Assembly: GCA_037444445.1 (NCBI GenBank)
Contig: JBBIMK010000001.1
Location: 1-32,000, forward strand
Length of the DNA: 32,000 nucleotides
DNA from: a bacterium
GTDB taxonomy: Bacteria; UBP7; UBA6624; JBBIMK01
Direction of reading: 5' to 3'
Within the stretch, counting starts at the first letter, position 1. Each line of letters starts with the position of its first letter. This document shows, one piece after another, positions 1-6,646 of the stretch. The notes under the pieces were generated by a model, which worked only from the letters and a program-made list of their open reading frames with translations, was not told the origin of the DNA and searched no databases. Position numbers and translations under genes: made by a program.

Positions 1-523
1 CAGAATCAGAAATCGCGATGTTCTTCAGGGGGTCCCGATGGGGGTCAAGAAAAGTTTTTTTCTCTAACTCTTTCCAGTTCCCGCGCGGGTGCTTTTGGAT
101 TACACTCTGAAGGGTTCCGGGAGCGTGCTGGCTCAAATAGGCGTAAGCGAGGGCGGTTCGCATGGCGCCCTTGACAGAGGAAGCGGGAATAAAAGGACCT
201 GCGGCGGAGTAGATAAACCGATGGATTTCGCCGCGTATCTTCCCCTGGGTGTTCAGCTCACCGACAGCCACTTCATCCACCGAAATGTTGTTGGATTGCA
301 GGAAGTTCCTGAGTTTGAATTCGGCATTTCTCACCTCGTTGATAAAGGATTCCACGAGGTCAACCGGGGGTTGGCTCCGCGATTGGAGCGCGGCTTCCAG
401 CTTCTCTGCGGAGATCAGGACAACTTTTCGTCGGTCCGCCGCATAGATGTAGTCCGTGAGAGCGGAGTACGAGTCGTTGCAACCGATGTGGAGGGGAGAG
501 AGGGTTTGCAGGAGGAGTATCAC
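1..523 (-). CDS. csm5: Csm5 (type III-A RAMP subunit), N-terminal ~174 aa only; the gene runs off the left edge
   Basis: My own translation of the minus strand starts at GTG 523-521, which overlaps the csm4 stop as GTGA, and stays open to position 1: MILLLQTLSPLHIGCNDSYS...GPFIPASSVKGAMRTALAYAYL... The SPLHIG and IPxSSxKGxxR RAMP motifs and the position after csm4 fit Csm5. It is absent from the ORF track because it has no stop in the window; track ORF 89..613(+) is its antisense shadow. Confidence 0.75.
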   Translation of the reverse strand, partial: MILLLQTLSPLHIGCNDSYSALTDYIYAADRRKVVLISAEKLEAALQSRSQPPVDLVESFINEVRNAEFKLRNFLQSNNISVDEVAVGELNTQGKIRGEIHRFIYSAAGPFIPASSVKGAMRTALAYAYLSQHAPGTLQSVIQKHPRGNWKELEKKTFLDPHRDPLKNIAISDS

Positions 524-1605
524 AGCGGACCTCCGAAGGGTACGGGGAAGGCAAGCCCGTATTTGAACACAGGATGGCCAGGCGGGTTACTGGCGGGCAA
601 GGGAACCTGGTAGAGTCGACCCCGAGGGACGCCTGAGTGAACGCTTCCTTCGCTGAGCATTCTAACTACCGGTTTCGGCAAAGCAGTGCCGGCGCCGGAA
701 TAAACAAATCCGCCGCGCTTGATAAAGTCATAGGTTATGAGCCGGTCCACCTCGTCACGCTCCGGAAGGAGTGTGGATAAGTTGACCGCGAATCTACCGT
801 TCTCAGGAAGGTCAAAGGAAATCCGTGAGCGTTCAAAGGAGGCAAAAAGCCCTCTGCCCGAGGAGCGCTTGCCACCGATACCTTCGTCAATCAGGAGGCA
901 GAGCGAGCCTTCCAGAAGATTCCGCAGGTCATCCGCAACTTTGCTCATCATAAAGAAGAAGCCCGGCAAGATGCGGACGCCATCCCTGAGTCCCATTTCA
1001 GTAAGGAGGAGGTCAGTCTGGTCCCAGAATTCGGAGACGGAAGTGAGCCGGTCAAGCGTGACTTTCGGTGAAACAATCGTGACAAACGGCGAAGCAGAGC
1101 CTGTAAAATTTCTGCCCGCAAGAGGTTCATCTTTCAAGAGGTAAAAATCGGTGAACAGGCGCTTCGCCTCCTCCTCCAGGTTGGTCACCGCGAGCGGTTG
1201 CCCGTCCTCGGGCAATGTTTGAGTGAGAAGTTTCTGGAATAGACCCTGAGATAGGAACCGCATTTTCTTGAGTTCCTTCTTGGAAAGAGGCTCCGACTCG
1301 CCCAGAGCCCTGGCGAAACGAATGCGCGGACGAGGGAAAAAGAAGTGGGTTGTAGAGCCGGAGTTCCGGACAACCTTAATGCAGGGGAAGGCGGAAGACA
1401 AGCGGAATGCCCCATCTTGGGCAGCCTGAATGAGCGTGCTCGGACCTCTGTTCCCAAACAGAAGCGCTGACACATTGACGAAGGCGGAAAAAAGGGTATC
1501 CGAATGAATGATGAGGGAGGAGTCTTCCAGCGACCACTCGCCGAAATGATGAAGGGAAGCTGGGCGGAACGGAAAAAGAAGGTAGGCGTCAAAAACGACC
1601 GTCAT
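520..1605 (-). CDS. csm4: Csm4 (type III-A RAMP subunit, Cas5-like)
   Basis: Track ORF 520..1659 trimmed to ATG 1605, which overlaps the csm3 stop (ATGA, plus-strand tcat 1602-1605). The N-terminus MTVVFDAYLLFPFRPASLHHFGE...IIHSDTLFSAFVN is Csm4-like. Gene order is cas10-csm2-csm3-csm4-csm5. Confidence 0.8.
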   Translation of the reverse strand: MTVVFDAYLLFPFRPASLHHFGEWSLEDSSLIIHSDTLFSAFVNVSALLFGNRGPSTLIQAAQDGAFRLSSAFPCIKVVRNSGSTTHFFFPRPRIRFARALGESEPLSKKELKKMRFLSQGLFQKLLTQTLPEDGQPLAVTNLEEEAKRLFTDFYLLKDEPLAGRNFTGSASPFVTIVSPKVTLDRLTSVSEFWDQTDLLLTEMGLRDGVRILPGFFFMMSKVADDLRNLLEGSLCLLIDEGIGGKRSSGRGLFASFERSRISFDLPENGRFAVNLSTLLPERDEVDRLITYDFIKRGGFVYSGAGTALPKPVVRMLSEGSVHSGVPRGRLYQVPLPASNPPGHPVFKYGLAFPVPFGGPL

Positions 1606-2489
1606 TTTGGGGCAGTGACCTCCAGACCCAGATGCTTCGGGATTATCTCCGTAATCCAATTCTCCTCCTCTTTCTTTTTGATTGCGTCAGAAAGATGCGG
1701 CAGATTCTCGGCGACTGTCGTGGCATCCCGAAGGTTCTTGTAATCATCGGCGCTCTTCACGCTGACTTTGAGGTTGGTGAATTGAATCTGGCCAGAACCT
1801 CGCGTCCCCATCCCGCCCAGATAGTTATCTTCCAGCAGTTGCATCCCTTCGAGGAGACGGTTCAGAAGCGGGATGTCCTCTGCTCGAAAGACCCTGAGGA
1901 TAAACCCGAATTTGAACTCCGCACCTGGTGGAACTCGCTCAATCTGCCGCGGGTTCGCCGCTGAGGTCAACCGGTCAATCGCGTTCTCCCATTTGACCTC
2001 CGTCCACAGCCCATCTTTCTCAAGTGCCGGGAAGGTCTTCTCAAACCTGCCCTCATCCAAGAAAGCATCTCTACAGTAAAGGAGCGTCGGCCTGGAGGAA
2101 GCGAGTTCACTGGGGCGCCCGAAGAGAGTGCATTGCTCGCACTCTTCCTTTTCGCAGATGTGAATGAAACTTTCGCCTATGTCCCACCACCCTGATTCTT
2201 CCTTGAGCCGATCCTTCTCCTTTTTCTTCTGGTTATCATCCATGGACGACTCTCTGTTTCGATAGTCCAGAAGAGGGCTCATATCAAAGTGCTTCTGGTC
2301 AAGGAGACCGCGCATTTTGCCCTTCAGGGAGGAACCCGGGATGAAAGGGATGCCGGTGGGGGTCTTGATGACCGGCGAATCCACGGCGCCGATTTCAAGC
2401 GTCTCTTTTGAACCGCCGATGTGAAGGCCTGTGACGGCCGTTATGGAGCCCTCAATGAAAACTTTGCCGAGAAGACGATAGCCTGACAT
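1602..2489 (-). CDS. csm3: Csm3 (Cas7-type backbone/RNase subunit of the Csm complex)
   Basis: Track ORF 1602..2630 trimmed to ATG 2489, with GAGGTG 6 nt upstream. Motifs: MSGYRLLGKVFIEGSITAVTGLHIGG, IGAVDSPVIK (conserved target-RNA cleavage Asp), IPGSSLKGKMR and CEQCTLFG. Confidence 0.9.
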   Translation of the reverse strand: MSGYRLLGKVFIEGSITAVTGLHIGGSKETLEIGAVDSPVIKTPTGIPFIPGSSLKGKMRGLLDQKHFDMSPLLDYRNRESSMDDNQKKKEKDRLKEESGWWDIGESFIHICEKEECEQCTLFGRPSELASSRPTLLYCRDAFLDEGRFEKTFPALEKDGLWTEVKWENAIDRLTSAANPRQIERVPPGAEFKFGFILRVFRAEDIPLLNRLLEGMQLLEDNYLGGMGTRGSGQIQFTNLKVSVKSADDYKNLRDATTVAENLPHLSDAIKKKEEENWITEIIPKHLGLEVTAPK

Positions 2490-2502
2490 TCTTATCACCT
2501 CT

Positions 2503-2853
2503 TCACTTTCCAAAATATTTCTGGTATGCGATGACGGCCTCAAGGAACTCCCGAATTCTTCCGATATGTTCGCCGGTGTTAGCACGCTGAATCGCTTGTT
2601 CCAGGAGGTCGCAAAGTTCCTTGGTGCCACTTATTCTGCCCGCGGTGTAAGCCAGTTTGTAGCGGAGGCGCTTCAGCTCCTGGGGAGTTTTCACTTTCAG
2701 GAGAGCGCCGTGTATATTCCGTAACTGATGCGGGCGAGTCTTGTCACTCTTGACGGAGTCCTTTATCTTGTTGAGAAATTGGTCGTAATTCTCGGGCGGC
2801 GAAATAATTTCATCCGGCGAAACACTCCACTTTTTTTGCTCTCTCCCATTCAT
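2503..2853 (-). CDS. csm2: Csm2-like small subunit (Cas11)
   Basis: 116-aa protein, helical-looking by eye, between cas10 and csm3, with an AAGGAGGG Shine-Dalgarno before ATG 2853. TRPHQLRNIHGAL and RYKLAYTAGR resemble Csm2 patterns. The call rests mainly on size and position. Confidence 0.7.
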   Translation of the reverse strand: MNGREQKKWSVSPDEIISPPENYDQFLNKIKDSVKSDKTRPHQLRNIHGALLKVKTPQELKRLRYKLAYTAGRISGTKELCDLLEQAIQRANTGEHIGRIREFLEAVIAYQKYFGK

Positions 2854-2869
2854 AGTTTATCCCTCCTTA

Positions 2870-5317
2870 TCATCGTTGTCTCAATTTCATTTCTACCAGC
2901 CTCGCGGCGACAGGAAACACTGCCGGCGAAACCGGGGTAGAGCGGTTCAACAGATTGGCAACCGCAAGTTCTTCATACTTGCTGTAGAGCGCGTCACGAG
3001 TTCCCCTGGATTCGTTTCTGAGGAAGTAAGCGAAACGCCAGATTTGGGAAGGCGAAACAGACCCCCGAGTAGTGCGGCTCAGGGCGGGAAGATATGCCCC
3101 GGTCAGGCGGAGGAGTCGCCGGGCAAGATGGAGGCGGCGTTTCTCATCGGCTTGCTCCAGGAGCCTCACAATCTCGAGCACTTCACCAAGTTCGTCTCCG
3201 TTGCCGGAAGCCGGGAACCACCGCAACGGGATGCCAAGGACACTAACGCGGTTCTTTCCGTCGGCGCTCTTTGCCTCAGAGAGCAAGTGCTCCAGTTCGT
3301 CAAGCGCCTTGGTCACTGGATACTTTGGAGGGAGCGTCTGAAACACCGCCGAAAAGGTGATGCGGGGATGGTTGCAAACATAATTCTGAAAGTCCTCCCG
3401 CAAGCGGCGAAGCCGGTCCCACGCCATATTCCAGGGTCCGAGGGCAAGCGTGTCATCGCCGCCCGAGTAAACGAGATACAGAGGTTCAAAGACCTTTTGA
3501 ACATGGACGGAGAAGAATAGGGAGAACATCCGACTGAGGGTGATGATACGAGAAAGCGTGTAATCCCTGTAATCCTTCCCCTCTTCCTTCTCCTTGGTTA
3601 ATCCGTTTTTAAAGATTTTGCCGAGGTTGTCCACATCCAGTTTCACCCAGCCGAGCAAATCGTCTCCCTCGGAGTCCTTCGCGAGGGCGTCAAAATCCTT
3701 CAGCGTCTTCCCGTCTTCTCGCAGGGGCAAGGCAACCGGCAGAAAGTAGAACCCTTCCCAATCCGGGGATAGGTCAGTGGAATTCAGCCTCAGGTTGATC
3801 GCGCCCTTTATCGGTTCTTGGTGGAACCTGATTTCGTATCCGAAAGCCTTGAAGACATCGGAGTAAGCATTGTAGTCCTTATGTCGCACCGGAGTGCAGG
3901 GGCTTAAAGTAAGAAACTGAGCGGTTTTCAGAACTTCTGTGATGTCCTTGTAAGACTCACACATTGCGCACAGGTGTTCGTCCTCATTCACGATAGGGCG
4001 GGTGCGGTGGCAGCCAGCGCAAGTGCCCACTTTGCTCTCCTGGCTGGGCGACGACGGAATTGCGGGAGTGAAGATTTCGCCAAAGCGAGCGGCAAGCCCC
4101 AATTCCGAGAAGCGTCTCGCCTTCCATTCGCCTGCTGACTCAGAAGCCTCCTTGAAGCAGTCTTTGAGTTGCTGACCATCAAAAAATGCGCTGATTGGAA
4201 GAGGCACCCAGCCCAGGGATAGGCCAATCTCTCCGGAATGAGCCTCCAGCAGCACCTCGGTAATTTCGCGCCGCAGATTCTCAAGTTCTGCTACCTTACG
4301 AGCCGGCGCAAGAAGAAAGAAGTTTCCGCCTCCTGTATAGAGGATATTGGCGAGGCCGAGTTGCAGGCGGTCAACGAGAAAGCGCGCAAGGATTTCCATC
4401 AAGAGAGAGAGATACACGGAACGCCCTTTGAGGGACTTGGCGGCGCCCTTGCCGGGAACACTCTTAATAAAATCCTGGGTACCCGAAAGGTCGCCGTGAA
4501 CCAGGAGGAAAGGAGTATCTACCGGGTATTTTGAGATCTCAATATTTGAGGTCCAAGTTGTTATCTGGTCATCGGTGACCTGCTCAAGACAAAGCGCAGT
4601 TGCAATCGCCGCTACGGCACGAGAGTGGTCATACAGGGAAATGTCAGGCAGATACCTTCCAACTTTGGTGGGCGTTTGAGCGGGCACAGCCCAGAGATAC
4701 TTCTCAAGCAAAGCGAGCAGGCGTTGTTCAAGGTGATTCCCGTTGAGAGCCTTCAGGTCACGCTCCAGACCTGACGTCAAGACTTCGTATTCATCGGATT
4801 GTGTGTTTGAATCGGTGACGGGAAAATACTCCTCTTCAAGTCTCAGTGCTCGTGCTGGATAGTAAGAGTCGCCCTGACCATTGAAAAGCCGTGAAAAGAT
4901 GCTAATCATCCGGGATTCGGAAGCCTTTCCTGATTCCAAATCTTCATCCTTCTTTCTCTCCCCGGAGGCGAGCCAGTCAGCCAGTTGTAGGATTCTCTCT
5001 TCAGTCGTGGTCGGGTCGTGGTGGTTTCGGACGAACTCAATAACTGATTCGTCCATTCCCACGAAGTGAGCGATGTTTTGCTTGATGAAATAAGCGCCCA
5101 CGCCCGAATGGGGCCACTTCTTCACAGCGTACCATTCCTTCGGCTCGTACTTTTCCCTGTGCCTGTGGGACCGCGAAACCAACTTACCGAGGTCGTGGAG
5201 GAGGGCGGCGAGGGCGATTTTCAAAGCCCCGGAGGAGGGGGTGGATTTGTCTTCTTTATCCATTCTGGCTCTTATTATATCGCAGGATGGGGGGGGTAAG
5301 TCCTTTTTAATTTTCAT
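2870..5317 (-). CDS. cas10: Cas10/Csm1 large subunit with HD nuclease and GGDD cyclase motifs
   Basis: 815 aa. HD motifs LLHDLGK, RNHHDP and LADWLASGERK; Palm1 GDLSGTQDFI; four-Cys module CAGCH...CAMC; Palm2 YSGGDD. ATG 5317 overlaps the upstream stop (ATGA, tcat 5314-5317). An alternative start at MDKEDK (ATG 5263) is possible. Confidence 0.95.
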   Translation of the reverse strand: MKIKKDLPPPSCDIIRARMDKEDKSTPSSGALKIALAALLHDLGKLVSRSHRHREKYEPKEWYAVKKWPHSGVGAYFIKQNIAHFVGMDESVIEFVRNHHDPTTTEERILQLADWLASGERKKDEDLESGKASESRMISIFSRLFNGQGDSYYPARALRLEEEYFPVTDSNTQSDEYEVLTSGLERDLKALNGNHLEQRLLALLEKYLWAVPAQTPTKVGRYLPDISLYDHSRAVAAIATALCLEQVTDDQITTWTSNIEISKYPVDTPFLLVHGDLSGTQDFIKSVPGKGAAKSLKGRSVYLSLLMEILARFLVDRLQLGLANILYTGGGNFFLLAPARKVAELENLRREITEVLLEAHSGEIGLSLGWVPLPISAFFDGQQLKDCFKEASESAGEWKARRFSELGLAARFGEIFTPAIPSSPSQESKVGTCAGCHRTRPIVNEDEHLCAMCESYKDITEVLKTAQFLTLSPCTPVRHKDYNAYSDVFKAFGYEIRFHQEPIKGAINLRLNSTDLSPDWEGFYFLPVALPLREDGKTLKDFDALAKDSEGDDLLGWVKLDVDNLGKIFKNGLTKEKEEGKDYRDYTLSRIITLSRMFSLFFSVHVQKVFEPLYLVYSGGDDTLALGPWNMAWDRLRRLREDFQNYVCNHPRITFSAVFQTLPPKYPVTKALDELEHLLSEAKSADGKNRVSVLGIPLRWFPASGNGDELGEVLEIVRLLEQADEKRRLHLARRLLRLTGAYLPALSRTTRGSVSPSQIWRFAYFLRNESRGTRDALYSKYEELAVANLLNRSTPVSPAVFPVAARLVEMKLRQR

Positions 5318-5742
5318 TTCCCCATTTTTTTCAGGAGGATTTTTTCCTGCTGATGGAGCCGGGGGAGGTAATCCCGGTAGAGAAAGCGAACGGTTCGCTC
5401 ATATTTCAAGCGAATATCTTCTGACTGAGAATAGAGGTATTTGCCAGTTCGGATGATTTCAAACTGGAGAATATAAGGGGCTGTCTGCAGGTCTATGACA
5501 TCCAGGCGGTCGGTGGGAAGGGCTTGAGAAACATCAGCATAGAAAAGGGAGTCAGAAAAGCCCTCATCCGGAAGAATGGCAAGGTCAATATCTATGGCAG
5601 CAGAAAGGTGGGAAGCGGCGGAACCGAAAAGGTAACAGAGCCGAAGGGAATGTCGGGGAAGAAGAGTTTTCAATAACTCCAACCGGTTCCGGATGTCTGC
5701 AGGCAGGGGTTTGAGCCCGGCATATTTTTCGGGAAGACTCAT
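5314..5742 (-). CDS. Minimal nucleotidyltransferase (MNT / Pol-beta-fold NTase domain protein)
   Basis: 142 aa. LFGSAAS...DIDLAIL...DVIDL gives the G-S, DxD and third acidic residue signature of MNT-type nucleotidyltransferases, the antitoxin half of HEPN-MNT pairs. The stop overlaps the cas10 start. Confidence 0.8.
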   Translation of the reverse strand: MSLPEKYAGLKPLPADIRNRLELLKTLLPRHSLRLCYLFGSAASHLSAAIDIDLAILPDEGFSDSLFYADVSQALPTDRLDVIDLQTAPYILQFEIIRTGKYLYSQSEDIRLKYERTVRFLYRDYLPRLHQQEKILLKKMGK

Positions 5743-5754
5743 CGTCCTACACCC

Positions 5755-5792
5755 TACGCATTATATCAGGGGAGGGGGCAAGGGTTGCGGGG
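5755..5792. repeat. 38-bp direct repeat, copy proximal to the MNT gene
   Basis: TACGCATTATATCAGGGGAGGGGGCAAGGGTTGCGGGG, identical base for base to 5830-5867. Flanking bases differ (5754 c vs 5829 a; 5793 c vs 5868 g). Confidence 0.95.
5760..5768 (-). promoter_or_regulatory. Extended -10 box TGATATAAT in repeat copy B, reading toward MNT-cas10
   Basis: The minus strand reads TGATATAAT, a perfect TGnTATAAT. The -10 box ends at 5760 and the MNT ATG is at 5742, with AGGA just upstream of the ATG. Confidence 0.4.
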
Positions 5793-5829
5793 CGGGAGGA
5801 GACAAGCTCCTCCCCTACATAAGCAATAA

Positions 5830-5867
5830 TACGCATTATATCAGGGGAGGGGGCAAGGGTTGCGGGG
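5830..5867. repeat. 38-bp direct repeat, copy proximal to cas6
   Basis: Identical to 5755-5792, with a period of 75 bp. It ends 2 nt before the cas6 stop codon (5870-5872). Confidence 0.95.
5835..5843 (-). promoter_or_regulatory. Extended -10 box TGATATAAT in repeat copy A
   Basis: Same 9-mer as 5760-5768. A transcript started here would begin inside the 37-nt spacer and include its hairpin. Confidence 0.35.
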
Positions 5868-5869
5868 GC

Positions 5870-6646
5870 TCAGGGGTTGAGGGAGGTGGCGCCAAAGCCC
5901 ATAGGGGTTTTGTAGCCGATTCCGCAAAGGGGGGCGAAGGTGGCGAGAGCGGAGAGCATCTTTCGTTCGGGTTCGGAAAATTGCCCGGGGAAGTGGTATT
6001 CGCATTCGCCTTTGAAGCCGATGATGCTGTAGGTGGAGAAAGGGACGAGTTCAGTGTGGAGGCGGTAGCGGCCCACGAGGATGTGAGAGAAGAGGTTGTT
6101 GAGGTCGGGCGGGAAGGCGATGGGGCTGAAGGCATTCCAGCGGTCTAAAAGGGAAGCAAAGACGAGATGGGGGTCGGGGAAGAGGATGCTTTTCCCTTTC
6201 TGACGGAAGCAGGTGGGGGTGAGGAAGTGGAAGGTGATTCGGGTTGCGGGTTCTGCGTGCTGAAAGATTTCTTCAAAGGAGGTGGAAGCGACTTCTACAG
6301 ACTGGATTCTGATTTTGCCGGAGCCTAAGAGGGAAGGGGAGCGAAGAAGGAAGGCTTTTGTAATGATTTCGGGCTGGGGGCCGAAGTAGTGGAGAATCAA
6401 GGTGAACCCTGTTTTTTCGGAGATGGAAAGGGAGCCTTTTTCGGGACGTTGGGCGGTGAGGAGATGTATGGAGAAGGGTTTCCGGGGAAGGTGATGGAGT
6501 CTGTCGGCAAGGGGGGCGCTGGATTTTTGGAGGAGGGTAAAGAAAAGGGCGTGGGCTTCTTCACCGCCGTAGCCCCGTAGAGATAGAGCCTGGAGAGATT
6601 TCAACCGGATCTGGAAGGAGTGGATGGAGGGATTCACAGGGTTCAA
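5870..6646 (-). CDS. cas6: Cas6 CRISPR repeat endoribonuclease (RAMP)
   Basis: 258 aa. The N-terminal beta-strand IHSFQIRLKSL, FHFLTPTCFR and the C-terminal glycine-rich loop CGIGYKTPMGFG are typical of Cas6. The start is uncertain: TTG 6646 overlaps the truD stop (TTGA), or GTG 6637. Confidence 0.85.
   Translation of the reverse strand: MNPVNPSIHSFQIRLKSLQALSLRGYGGEEAHALFFTLLQKSSAPLADRLHHLPRKPFSIHLLTAQRPEKGSLSISEKTGFTLILHYFGPQPEIITKAFLLRSPSLLGSGKIRIQSVEVASTSFEEIFQHAEPATRITFHFLTPTCFRQKGKSILFPDPHLVFASLLDRWNAFSPIAFPPDLNNLFSHILVGRYRLHTELVPFSTYSIIGFKGECEYHFPGQFSEPERKMLSALATFAPLCGIGYKTPMGFGATSLNP

Larger units (their letters stand above)
5755..5867. CRISPR. Possible single-spacer mini-CRISPR (repeat 38, spacer 37, repeat 38) inside the cas operon; a duplicated promoter cassette is the alternative
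   Basis: The geometry is CRISPR-like and cas6 is adjacent. Against this, there are only 2 repeats, the unit lies between cas genes, there is no ATTGAAA(C/G)-type repeat end in either orientation, and each repeat contains a promoter-like box. Orientation is undetermined. Confidence 0.45.

Noticed and set aside
89-613. 174-aa plus-strand ORF at the left edge
   Set aside because: It lies exactly antisense to a minus-strand frame with clear Csm5 RAMP motifs (SPLHIG, IPASSVKGAMRTAL) that is translationally coupled to csm4. The plus-strand product has no recognisable features and is a shadow ORF.
1632-5456. Numerous 60-214-aa plus-strand ORFs (for example 1632..1964, 2876..3520, 4238..4534, 5066..5299, 5241..5456)
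   Set aside because: All are antisense to or nested in cas10/csm genes that have strong motif support. They show no motifs, and their Arg/Ser/Gly-rich composition is typical of shadow frames.
5680-5942. Additional degenerate repeat copies one period (75 bp) to either side of the two 38-mers
   Set aside because: Aligning 5680-5717 and 5905-5942 with the repeat by eye shows no meaningful similarity, and both lie inside well-supported coding sequence (MNT, cas6).
5836-6135. 99-aa proline/serine-rich minus-strand ORF
   Set aside because: It is an out-of-frame overlap of the well-supported cas6 frame, and its low-complexity composition is driven by the C-rich strand. Only its last 14 codons are mentioned, as a speculative micro-ORF analogue, in the spacer finding.
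5693-6148. 151-aa glycine-rich plus-strand ORF containing a repeated THYIRGGGKGCG peptide
   Set aside because: The peptide repeat is just the translation of the two 38-bp DNA repeats. The ORF overlaps the MNT start and the cas6 3' end in antisense. It is an artefact of G-rich sequence.
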